Source: Catajapyx aquilonaris (lineage: Eukaryota). Taken from it: 61,739 nt of DNA. Below, one piece after another: positions 22,962-34,100 of the stretch. The notes under the pieces were generated by a model that made no database searches, had not been told where the DNA came from, and worked only from the letters and a program-made list of their open reading frames with translations. A program made the position numbers and the translations under genes. Numbering within the stretch: position 1 is the first letter of the stretch; every line of letters begins with the position of its first letter. Location: contig KZ538562.1 in NCBI GenBank assembly GCA_000934665.2, positions 1-61,739 of the forward strand, given 5' to 3'.

Positions 22962-24386
22962 GTGCCATTTCCAGTTCAGCTGAGCAACCCCCATGTTGTT
23001 GGAGAGCATCAGATCTGGGCTGGCATCATAACTCATGGTCCAGATGGGACACTACTTAGCAGTGCTTTCAGCAATCGACAAAACACGTCTTACATAAACT
23101 CATTAGGACAGACGTTGTTTAACCTCAGCCGAGTTGTACCTAATGGCCTGCTAGTGTTTTTTCCATCCTACCCTTCATTACGATACTGCCAGGAAGCTTG
23201 GCAGAAGTCAGGAATTTGGCAGAAAGTGGAACAGTTCAAGACCATTCATGTGGAACCACAAACTAAGGATGGCTTCCAGACCGTCATGGACCTCTTCTAC
23301 TGTGGTGCTGCACAGGAGAAGGGAGCCTGCTTCATGGCAGTATGTCGTGGGAAGGTGTCTGAAGGACTTGACTTTGCAGATATGAATGGAAGGGCTGTCC
23401 TTGTGACTGGAATTCCCTACCCACCATTTAAAGATCCTCGTATTGTGCTCAAACAGTCCTACTTGGATGAAAAAAAGAACAGTGTGTCAGGTCGTGACTG
23501 GTATCGTCTAGAGGCCGTGAGAGCTGTTAACCAGGCCATAGGTCGTGTTATACGTCACCGATTTGATTATGGTGCAATCATTCTGTGTGACCAGCGTTTT
23601 GCACAGCCTGCATTTAAGGCTGAATTGTCAGGCTGGATTCAGTCACGACTGCAAATTTACAATACCTTTGGAAAGGCCTTGGGTGAGCTAACCCCATTTT
23701 ACAGGACTGCAGCAAAGCTTTTGCCTAAGCCGACGGCAGAGATCCGGGAAGCAACGGAGATTGCACGATCACAAGTGACAGAGGCCATTCCCAGGAAACT
23801 CGTAGGTGGAAACTTCCAACAGGCTCCTAGTCGGTTTTGTGAGAAAAACACCATTGTTGAATGTCAGAGTGAAGATTCACCTGACACAGCCTTCAGTGCT
23901 TATGGTGGGGAAATGGTTAGCGGTGCCACACCCTCTATGGGCACTGGAATGGATTTGCTCTCGAGACTAGACAACATCCAACAGCCTGCAGTAATTGACT
24001 TTTCTGAATTGATGCCATCCACTTCTCAGTCTCGACCTGCTAGCATGGTAAGCAGTGCCAGTAAAAAGCGGAAAATTCAAATTGTCAGTTCCAAGAATAA
24101 AGAGGTTTCTCCGGCCTTTCTTTCACCTTTGGATCCTAAAACTGGTAGTCGCCAGTACCTTGCCCAAGTGAAAACCATTTTGCCTGAGGACATGTACAAG
24201 AACTTTTCTAAAGCCATTGCTATTTACTTTAAAAGCCATAACTTTGATCTGCTTATTGGTGAACTAGAAAGAGTGTTCATAAAAGAAACCAAACACCCAA
24301 ACCTATTTGTAGGGTTTCGTCAGTTTGTGCTTCCAGATCATGTCCGCGAATTTGAAGAGAAACGTCGAAGTTTGGGCTTATACTAG
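22962..24386 (+). CDS. RTEL1: RTEL1 last coding exon (helicase C-terminal domain plus one harmonin-homology-like domain)
   Basis: LVFFPSY, AVCRGKVSEGLDFAD, RAVNQAIGRVIRH motifs. C-terminal YLAQVK..F..F.QFV..H..F pattern. tttcag| acceptor, TAG stop. Confidence 0.95.
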   Translation: MPFPVQLSNPHVVGEHQIWAGIITHGPDGTLLSSAFSNRQNTSYINSLGQTLFNLSRVVPNGLLVFFPSYPSLRYCQEAWQKSGIWQKVEQFKTIHVEPQTKDGFQTVMDLFYCGAAQEKGACFMAVCRGKVSEGLDFADMNGRAVLVTGIPYPPFKDPRIVLKQSYLDEKKNSVSGRDWYRLEAVRAVNQAIGRVIRHRFDYGAIILCDQRFAQPAFKAELSGWIQSRLQIYNTFGKALGELTPFYRTAAKLLPKPTAEIREATEIARSQVTEAIPRKLVGGNFQQAPSRFCEKNTIVECQSEDSPDTAFSAYGGEMVSGATPSMGTGMDLLSRLDNIQQPAVIDFSELMPSTSQSRPASMVSSASKKRKIQIVSSKNKEVSPAFLSPLDPKTGSRQYLAQVKTILPEDMYKNFSKAIAIYFKSHNFDLLIGELERVFIKETKHPNLFVGFRQFVLPDHVREFEEKRRSLGLY

Positions 24387-25002
24387 CCCTTAGTATTTTT
24401 AGCAATCAAGTGTTGCCATGTGATGAATTGTGCCTTTACATGGTAAGAATGGGTGATTCATGTATATTATGTTTGCGATTAAATACTTCCAAGGAATTGA
24501 ACATACTGGGTGATATTCAGAAACAGAATAGGAGGGTCTCAACTGTTCATCCAGTGGGAATTGGGTGTGTCTAAAAAAAGGCGTGTGGGTGTGGATCAGC
24601 ATAGGAAGGTCACTCGTAAGGTCTCAAGCATGGTCTGGAGGATGGTGAGATATGTTGCACTTGAAATGTTGGAGGAGGATGCACAACTACGCCTGATTGC
24701 TCACCGCAGTCCTTACGTGGGCATTACTCAAAGGTTGAGGACCCAGATCATGATACGTATCTGATACAGTACCAAAGTTGCAGGAATGCTTTGATCAGTT
24801 GGACATATGTGCCCATCGTAGCTAAAGGCCTTCATCATCATGCATATTTGCTGCTTGTTGAAGAAATGCCTTTAAAAATCTGATGGGACCGAACTACACA
24901 ACTGAAATGCAGCAATTCCATAAATTAAAACCCAACTAGTTGGAGACAACTTGAGCGAGTGCAACATCTTCTCACAAAAATCTAATATCTGCTACAGAAA
25001 TA

Positions 25003-25550
25003 CAGGGTGATTCTCCCGAATGGAAACCTAAACATTCCTCAATAACTTTTTAACTTTGGTATGGTTCCTGATGAAAATTGACATGTACTTACCTTGTACA
25101 GTATCATGCCAAACAAGGTCTGACTAAAGAATATACCAAAAGTGGTCCCCTCCAGCAACCAATAATATTTTTTAATGCGAGTCTGCATATTGCCGAAGAC
25201 TCCTGCAGGTTGAAGGCGGCGATCCCTTCCATTCCTACCCGCCAGCCTGCTTGACGAGAGGGTATCTCAAGGCAACAGGACCGTGGCCTTTCATATCCTC
25301 TCTCGTCAAGCAGGCTGGTGGGCGGGAGTTGAGCCATTCCCGCCGGCCATTCTGCAGGAGTCTTTGGCAATATGCAGACTCAGATTTAAAAATTCTTGGA
25401 TGCTGGAGGGGACCACTTTTGGTATATTCTTTAGTCAGACCTTGTTTGGCATGATGCAAGGTAAGTACATGTTAATTTTCATCGGGAACCATACCATAGT
25501 TAAAAAGTTATTGAGGAATGTTTGGGTTTCCATTCGAGAGAATCACCCTG
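25003..25550. mobile_element. 548-bp fully palindromic Tc1/mariner-type MITE
   Basis: Arms pair almost to the centre (about 25275-25285), cagggtgattctc termini, TA TSD. Confidence 0.93.
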
Positions 25551-26437
25551 TATAATATTGACACAGATCATTACTTGATTGCTTTAGAGCCTTACCCTTA
25601 TATGTTTTGTAATGCTCGATTTTTTTGAACTAGTACTTATGTTGCTGCTGTGTTGTGTCTGACACTAGAGGGAACTATGCATGCAGGTCTGCATACGAAT
25701 TGTGACCAACATTTGTAGTTCTCCCTTGTCCACTCTAGTCTGGGACTAGATTATAAGTTCACCCTAATCCCAGGATTAGCATGGACCAGCAAATTGTTCT
25801 GAATGCAACTCGAAAGATTGACATGCAACTGATGTGGTAGTTAAATCCAGGGGCTACAGATGGCTATCTAGGATGTTCAGTTGGAATGCACAGCCATTCT
25901 TGAGTTGCAAACAAGAAAGGTGACTTTCATGTTTTGCACCCTAGGTTTCACACTGACATATTTTTGTCTCTGGTTTATCTATGACTTGATGCCAGGCAAG
26001 TATATGATACAGCATTCTTATTGTCATCTCCCTTCGTTAAATTGTACAGTTGTCTAGAAAAACACTCCCCAATTTGTACATACCTTGTTAAAATAAATTG
26101 TGGGCCTGGATATGTAGTGGCCTTCTTCAACAACTGTTATTTTTCAACAATTTGTGACCTGATATTTTAAAAAGTGAAATATTGCTGTATTTTCCCTCCT
26201 CGATAGGCCTTAGCATCGTGACTACTCACTTTGCGTGTGAGGGGCATGAATATGTGCAGGGTGCAGATGCTGCTGTAGAGGCATACGGTACCTTGGTAAT
26301 ACACAGGTTCAGTTCCACAGGCTTTTTTCACTTGCTAGTCTGCTAGTGTATATAAAAGCCTTAAAACATGTTTTCACTATCAGAATATTATATTATGTGC
26401 ACAATAGCACCAGGGCTTTAAAATCTGTAAAAGCAAA

Positions 26438-26688
26438 GGCGACACGGTGGCGGAGTGGTTAGCGCCGCCGCCTTCCACCTCTAAGGTCCCGAGTTCGATC
26501 CCCTGGTCGGACGGAGGATACTTATGTGGATAGAGTTTCGATGGGTTCTCTCCGTGTTCGCGTGGGTTTTCTTGGGGTTCTCCCGTTTCCTCTTGCAATC
26601 AAAATCCATCACAGCGCAGGCAATGATTCAAGACGGTTATTCAAAAGATGATCCCCTGAGAGGCCCAAGGAGGCCTATCACGAGGTAT

Positions 26689-26754
<66 letters not shown>
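26438..26754 (+). mobile_element. SINE family S1
   Basis: Homologous to 13948-14280, with (ATT)n tail. Confidence 0.92.
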
Positions 26755-26757
<3 letters not shown>

Positions 26758-26759
<2 letters not shown>

Positions 26760-27078
26760 TTTGCATTACCCCACGGGGGAGCTATCTACTCCTTAGGGGG
26801 GGTGGATTACCACCATTAGGATTGATTTGGAGCGAGTTAAGAGAATCTTATTAGTTACTCCAAGGGTTGGTAGGAGGGGATGTGCATGTGCGCTGTCGTT
26901 GAGTGGTCATTTTGTGAACTCCCCCGGGTGGATTAGTCTTTAGGCAATTTCCACCCGAAATGAAGCCAGAGATGGCCCAACTCTGCACGGATAAAGGTGG
27001 GAACCCCGGGTGGGGATTGAACCTGGGACCTTCATATCCGTGGGTGCACGCGTTACCGCAATGCCACTTCATCTCCCT
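26758..27078 (-). mobile_element. SINE family S4 inserted in the S1 tail
   Basis: tRNA-like head, flanked by attattattata on both sides. Confidence 0.85.
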
Positions 27079-27184
27079 TCATTATTATTATAATTATATG
27101 AATCATATAAAAGGGATGAAAAAAAACTGAGAGTAGTGCAAAGTGCAGTGAGTCTTCTGCACGGACAACACTGAGCATCATTCT

Positions 27185-27480
27185 GGCATCAAATATCTCA
27201 CTTTGAAGACGATGAGCACTGTGGATATTTATAAGGACATGCCAGAGACAATGAGGGGCTGTTGTCCATCATACCCAATGGTTACGAGATGGGTCGTATG
27301 CTTCAAGTGTGGGAAAGAGAGCATGAAAGATGACCCCCACTCGGGCAGACCAGCGATTGCTGTGACCGAGGAAAACATCTCTGCTGTGGAGACATGGTAA
27401 TGGGAGACAGGCAGTTGACAATGTGGTAAATAGCAGAGGTCCTGGCTATCGGTTTGGCTGTGGTGGATATCATCCTTCAT
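27185..27480 (+). pseudogene. Mariner transposase N-terminal (HTH) remnant
   Basis: ..PSYPMVTRWVVCFKCGKESMKDDPHSGRPAIAVTEENISAVE.. matches the mariner W...FK.G...DD.RSGRP motif. Confidence 0.85.
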
Positions 27481-27885
27481 CAACACCTTCGCCCCAGATA
27501 GGTCTCCTCTAATTGGGTATTGTTCAGCCTCAAGCTGAAGGGACACTTACCAAATGCCACTCACGAATTTTTAAGAAATTTGGTGCATTGTTAGCCCACC
27601 CCAAGGGATGAAAAAAGCACCTAAAGTTACCTGCTCAAAATGACCCTGTGACCTCTTTTCCAGTTCCAGGGGGCAGAGGTCAACTCGAAAATTTCCGAGA
27701 ACTCCAAATGCCATTTTTTTGCATCATTCAGCCAAGCTGTGCATGTTATTTCATGGCATAGATTTGAATGCCTCTGCATAAAAAGGCCTTTGTTTATTTC
27801 ATTAATTTAGCTGGTCATTTTACTTACGTACATTGTGACTGCGCTATATTTTGTGATTTATTACATTACTACAGTGTAATGTGAC

Positions 27886-28120
27886 TACCGAAGCAGGTTG
27901 GCATAGTGGATAAGGCGTCCGACTGCTAATCGGGAGGTCCTGGGTTCTAATCCCGTGGCCGCCAACCTTGACCGTGGTGTTCTGTGGTTTTCCACGGTCT
28001 TTCTAGGATAATTCCGGGGTCGCTTCCGTATAATAGGCCACAGCCGCTTCCTTCCTTCCCTATCCTTGGAGGTTGAAAGGCAATGCTGGGCCAACCTCCT
28101 TAAATATCAGATATCAATTA
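27886..28120 (+). mobile_element. tRNA-derived SINE family S5
   Basis: tRNA-like head, body taggccacagccgcttccttcc resembling (from memory) insect Talua/Lm1-type SINEs, TSD agtgtaatgtga. Confidence 0.82.
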
Positions 28121-28625
28121 TAGAGTGTAATGTGAGTGTGACTAATGTCTGTCATGTTCTATTTCATTTTGTCACTCCGTCTTTGTAAATTTTCTGTTCT
28201 TATAGTTTTATGTTTCATAAGTCAGTTTTGTCAATTTTGGTACAAAAGCATTTCGTTTGTGTCGCACATTCTTTATTGACATAAAATAATATGTCCAGTG
28301 AACGTTGCTAGCCGAGATCTCTTGGCATGATTCAAACTTGTGAGTTGTGGCTGATGTCACTTACAGTTAGATAGTGTAATACACAACTAGAGAAGACCGG
28401 GCTCATTCTAGTGACAAGTTTTACACCATCCTGAAGTGTTCCCTAAATAGGCCTACCCATGCCTTTTGTTTTGGTTGTCAGCATTGTCAGCACAAGTATA
28501 ATCTGAACATTTCACAATATTTCCTGACTAATGGTTCATCAGTTCATGATTTCTCATTAGTCATTAACTTTACTCGAATTCGCCATAAAAAAAAGGTAGG
28601 GTAAACCATACAGTAATGGCCAGTT

Positions 28626-28980
28626 AAATAACTAAATAAATAAATCCGGGTAGTGCTTGGACCCCTCTTGGGGTATTGCACGGACCTTTATTTACTAACT
28701 TGTACAACGTACAACACAATTGGAACCTTTGACGAAGCGCCCGGGCCCATGGGCAGGATGACAGGAAGGGATGTGCAAGGTGCAGTGCAATGTCTTAAAC
28801 GTGGCCATTTTTAGTGAACTCCCCCGGGTGGTTTAGTCTGTTGGAAATACCACCCGAGACGAAGCCAGAGGTGACCCTGAACTCTGCACGAGATGAAGGG
28901 GGTGTCCCCGGGCTGGGATCGAACCCGGGACCTTAACATCCGTGGGCGCATACGTTACCGCAGCACCACTCCGCCTCCCC
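28626..28980 (-). mobile_element. SINE family S4 with a different 3' tail
   Basis: TSD cagtaatggccagtt. Head and body shared with 26758-27078. Confidence 0.88.
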
Positions 28981-30326
28981 CAGTAATGGCCAGTTTTGTG
29001 TATTGATCTCAGTAATACATGAATATTCTCACCTTTTCTTTTCACGTAGATGTTATAAAATATTTTTCTAATGACTGAGGTTGTCCCCGTTCATATTGCA
29101 TCAAATTCACTCAAATCTATCAGAATGTGTAGGCTACCATATATATATTTAAATGCACAAAATATCCTACCTAAAAGACAGTAATGGCCACCCATCCAGA
29201 TAGTAATGGCCAGGCATCAAGATAGTGATGGCCATGGCAGCAAAACAATAGTCTCTCTACCATAGGGACCAAAGTAGGGACCCCATCGGTATTAGGAAGG
29301 TAGGCCTAACTGATGTGAGATAAAGCCACTCAAGAGCTCAAAAGCTCAAAAGTTGTCAGGTAATATGACTGATTATTTTATTTTGCAAGTATTCGTAGGC
29401 TTTGGCCGTTACACACAATAACATAGATTTGCTATTGCTGCATATTTCCTCCTAAATCATTGCTGTCATTTCTCTCCAAGAATGACTCTCGTGATCATGA
29501 TACTTAGGCCTACATATGTGGCATTCAATTTTTAAAAGCCTAACACAGTAATGTCCATGGCATGGCCATCACTATTAAACGTCATTAGATGCTGGACCGT
29601 CATGGCCATGCTAATGAATTCATACTCGGGGACTGGTTACAATCAACTGAACAAAGGGACTGGTTACAATCCCATGCTTCAATAAAGCACCTCTAGACCA
29701 ATACTTTCATATACCTCGCATTGCTTTCGGGATATTTATGAGACCAGAAACACACTTACGATGCAAGAAAGTCCTTGAAACCAGTTAACATTATTACCAG
29801 CTGCATTCCAACATGACCAGTAGGTCTCTGTGTCAGATGCCATTACTGCTCTTGCACTGCCCGCCGAGTTTTCGGAAATACGAGATGACCTCGGCCCCCC
29901 TCGTAAAGGGGTTACGGGGTCATTTTGACCAGGTAACTTTCTGTGCATTTTTCATCCCTTGGGGTGGGCTACCAATGCACCAAATTTCATGAAAATTTGT
30001 GAGTGACACTTGGAAAGTGTCGGGGACAAGGCAAAATTGATGGATTATTCTCCACTGTGCTATTTGGTGCTATGCAAACAAATGCACAATATGAAGAAAA
30101 AAAAAGGGGTACCAGTACAGGAAGATCAAATTTTTTCTGGACTGGAATTTTGACCAACTCTTGCTTCACCACTGCTGGGACTATCAACTTGGGGAGATCA
30201 TGAATATAGTGTGGTTAATTATAATATTCAACCCACATCTGTATCAATGTAAATCTTGTGCATGCACACTTCCACATGCTTCTGTCACTTGACCGTCAAA
30301 TGTGAGTGTGACTTGTGCACACCAGT

Positions 30327-30519
30327 CAGTGGCGGATCTATGGGGGGAGGGGGGGGGGGTGATCACCCCCCCCCCCCCCAANNNNNNNNNNNNNNNNNNN
30401 NNNNNNNNNNNNNNNNNNNNNNNNNNNNNNNNNNNNNNNNNNNNNNNNNNNNNNNNNNNNNNNNNNNNNNNNNNNNNCACCCCCCCCCCCCCCAACAACG
30501 ACGTCTAGATCTGCCACTG
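30327..30519. mobile_element. hAT MITE family H2, opposite orientation to the 4756 copy
   Basis: Same TIRs, perfect 8-bp TSD acaccagt. Confidence 0.92.
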
Positions 30520-30933
30520 ACACCAGTACCATTGGAAAGTTTATTAAGGGTGGGATAAAGCTCCCGGCGCTTATGGACGTTGACATGTTAAATGTTGGGC
30601 CTAATAACTCTGTAATTACTGAACAGAATGACATTAAATTTTTGACACAACACGACACAACAACCCTTGTCACGGCTATGTTGAGCGATTTTGCTCATTT
30701 GGTCCTTATTCTTCACAGGACATTATTTCCTCACATGCCTTCAAATTCCTCTCAGTTTCGTGGTTTTCATAAACGTCTGTTGGCCTCCGCCGCCACAAGA
30801 CGGACAGTACTGTAAATGTTGCGGATACGAAACCCACAATAATCGCCCAGCTCCGCTTCCTCTCCGCATTACCCAAAAATATCCTGCAGGGCGACGAACC
30901 CTGCCTGGCGGGGCCACCACAGATGACAGTGGA

Positions 30934-31105
30934 GATAATGGATACCCCGTGATAAGCCTCCTTCAGCTTTTTAGGGGATCATCTTTTAATTGACCGACTT
31001 TAATCATTGCCTTTGCTGTGATGGATTTTGATTGTGAGAGGAAACGGGAGAACCCCCGAGAAAACCCACGCGAACACGGAGAGAACCCATCGAAACTATA
31101 TCCAC
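30934..31105 (-). mobile_element. 5'-truncated SINE S1, abutted by a short inverted-repeat element (31106-31203)
   Basis: S1 body and tail. actagcgcacccgtagc..gctacgggtgcgctagt. Confidence 0.8.
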
Positions 31106-34100
31106 ACTAGCGCACCCGTAGCGAGCCCTCTCATTCAATTTTTTCATTACCGTTGTCTTCCTCATTGCAGGTTTTGCCAAATTTTGGCTACGGGTGCGCT
31201 AGTTTCATAATAATATTCATACCACTGCACTGGGCCTTCACAGCTCATACATATGGTAGGGTTACATGATCTGGCTGGCAAAGGCTATGTAGTGTGTTGC
31301 AACCAGAAAAAGTGACAACACAGATTAACAGCCACTCTGAACATTGACAGATAATAATTGCAAATCAGTTTGTCCAGGAGGATGCTGTTGCTGCAACATT
31401 TTTCAGGTGCAGTAATATTACTTTCAAATTGTCCTATATGCTCCATATCAATGGGTTCAGTGTGTCCTATCAAAGTCCCCCCGGTTAACAAGGCCCCACC
31501 ACCTGCGGGCCATACCAACCGGGGTAAACCCCCGATTTAAAACGAAAACGAAACCTGTCAAAGTCCATATTTTTCCCAGGCATTGATAAATGCCTTTTTC
31601 ATTCCTTACCATCACTTCCTCAGCCAACCGGGATGGTAACATGATGAACTTGGATCTTGAGTTCTGAAAAATTGGGGCTAACCACTCCACTTTTAAGTGT
31701 GCACTTGATTCCAGTTATTTGTGGTTATGCATCATTATTTTCCATCAAGGTGCTTTAGAGTTTTTATCTTGATTATATGACATTGCATGACAAAGTGTGC
31801 ACTGATTATGTTAATGGTTATCCCCTTTATGCCTATCAAGGAATCAAATTAAAAAATCACTGGAACAAAACCATATTTACTCCGCCTTTACATTCCATAC
31901 CAGAACAAGTTCCATGAATATGACGGATGGTAAAAAAATCTATCAATGTTTCATAGTGACATGTCTTCAGTAGCCTGCATGTGATTATCATTAGCATGCT
32001 TGTCAACTCCTTGAGCGTATGAAAATGGCACGGGCAAATTCTAGGGGGGGGGGGGAAAGAGAGTCTGGACTCTGGAGACACATTGCTCCAGATACACCTT
32101 TTTTTTGGCGCAGGGCCTTTATGTTCAGGGCTCCATAGCTCTGACACAGTTACAACATTTTTGAAAACCAATTCCCAGGGGGAAAATAAACCACACAGAT
32201 GCTTGAGACCAAGGTGCCATGATGCTTGAAGGTAGATGACATCTACAAGGTCATAAGTACAATAACCGTCACTATGAAGCAATGATATAGTTGCACTACA
32301 TGTGCTAGTGAAATGCAGATGTGTGAAAAAGTCACTGGATTACTGAAATTCTTCACATATTCTCATTCCAGTTAAGAAGATGCATTGATTATGCCTTTAA
32401 AATCAACTTTAAAAACCTTGTATGAGATCTGCCTTTACTGACTTCCTTTCATGAGAATAAGTCACATAGCCAGCCAGAATATATTATAGCATTCCAAAAG
32501 TAAGCATCACTGACCACAGAAAGAAAGAATTCTCCACAAAATACAACCTACACTGTAAACTGCAAACCATTTCCCCTTTGAGGGCTACATGCCTCATATG
32601 AGGTCCTGCAGGGTTTTGAACTGGGAGCGTTCGAGTTTAGACAGAAATGGCGCAGTTTCAGGCTCAAACTGCTCCTAACACCTTGTGGAAGGGGGCTCAA
32701 CTACCATGGCGTATGCTAATCAGTTTTTCCACATCCCAGCGTGAGCTAAATATACCCCCTCCCGCGGCGTCAGAACAGGGTGTCCTATAAGTCTGGACTC
32801 TGTAAGAATTTCTCATAGTACAGTGTTTTAGTATTATTTTGTAACCATAGTAACAATTTTATAGTGACTTTAAAATTTTAAATTAATTTAATGACATTTA
32901 AAGTTCATTGCACTTTAAAAAATTTCTGGATCACTCTGTAGATATTTTTTTTTCGCATTTTACATTCAGAAGCACCACCATGAGTTACAATAATAAATAT
33001 TGGAGCATATTGTTTTTCATTAATATCACTCCTACTACAAATTTTCATAAAGAAAAGAAGAAAAAAAAACGCCCTAAAAACTCCTCCATCAAAGGGTTAA
33101 AAGATCTTCACTACTGAATCTCCCATGGAACATCAATTTTTAATGCTCTTGTAATTTTTAATGCTTTTTAGCAACAGAAAAGCATCACAAGAGCATTAAA
33201 AATAGTTACTCCATGAGTTATGCTATTTTGATGCTCTTTTAATGCTCTGCGGAGCTTTGCGGTTTACATTGTAGCCACATGGTGGCACATCTCTCTAGCT
33301 TTTACTGCACACAAACCCCATGTTGACTGAAAGATTTTTTGAACTGCAGTACCACACTTGGTAATCATTTTTGTGGAGCACTCTCACCACCAACCTATTC
33401 CTTTTTCTGCTGATCTATGTGACTTTGTTGAATTTCATGGAAAATTCTTTTTGCTTATTTTTACTGCCAGATAATACTTACTTTTGGCATGTGCAAATAT
33501 TGTAATACCAGAAAGTACCATCAATTCATCCTCACATAGCATAGTTTGTGGACAATGAGCATGTCACTCTTGCAAAAACCTCCAAGAAAGTCAGTGAACA
33601 AAACTCGCAATGGGGTTGTAGACTCTGGAATATCACTTTCATGTTCCAGATTGTAAGTCCATACCCTAAATCAATCATTCCATGAGTATTTCATGTGAAG
33701 CATCAACACATGGCCCAGAACATTCATAAAACCAAAAAACCACTAAAAGTGTGCTGTGAAGTCAATGCATGATGATCTAGTAGCTAATAACTACATAATT
33801 ATGTCTCTGTACTGAGTCACTGCAAGCCATCCGTAACCAAAGATACACTGTAAGGCAGGCTGTCACATTATCTAACATTAATGAACCTACAGGGTGTTTG
33901 CAGGCTGTTGCATAAATATGGATTTTACCATATGTATGACATAACATTTTTTGAAATAATTCTTGACCCCCTCCTTGCTATCTGCTGGTCTTTTGGGAAA
34001 AAGCTGTGATGGATGATGATGACGATGATGATGATTTTTTACCACTTCACATATCTCTTTTTCGCTGCAGGAATTTTTACAGGGCATGGCTGATTTTTTT

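Larger units (their letters stand above)
27541..30021. mobile_element. About 2.5-kb non-autonomous DNA element with ~165-bp TIRs, carrying two SINEs
   Basis: 27541-27705 is the inverted complement of about 29863-30021 (aaatttggtgcattg.tagcccaccccaagggatgaaaaa). Confidence 0.8.

Noticed and set aside
27890..27965. tRNA-like cloverleaf with a GCT anticodon loop
   Set aside because: Continues into a SINE body and is flanked by TSDs. The acceptor stem and B box are imperfect, so it is not a functional tRNA.
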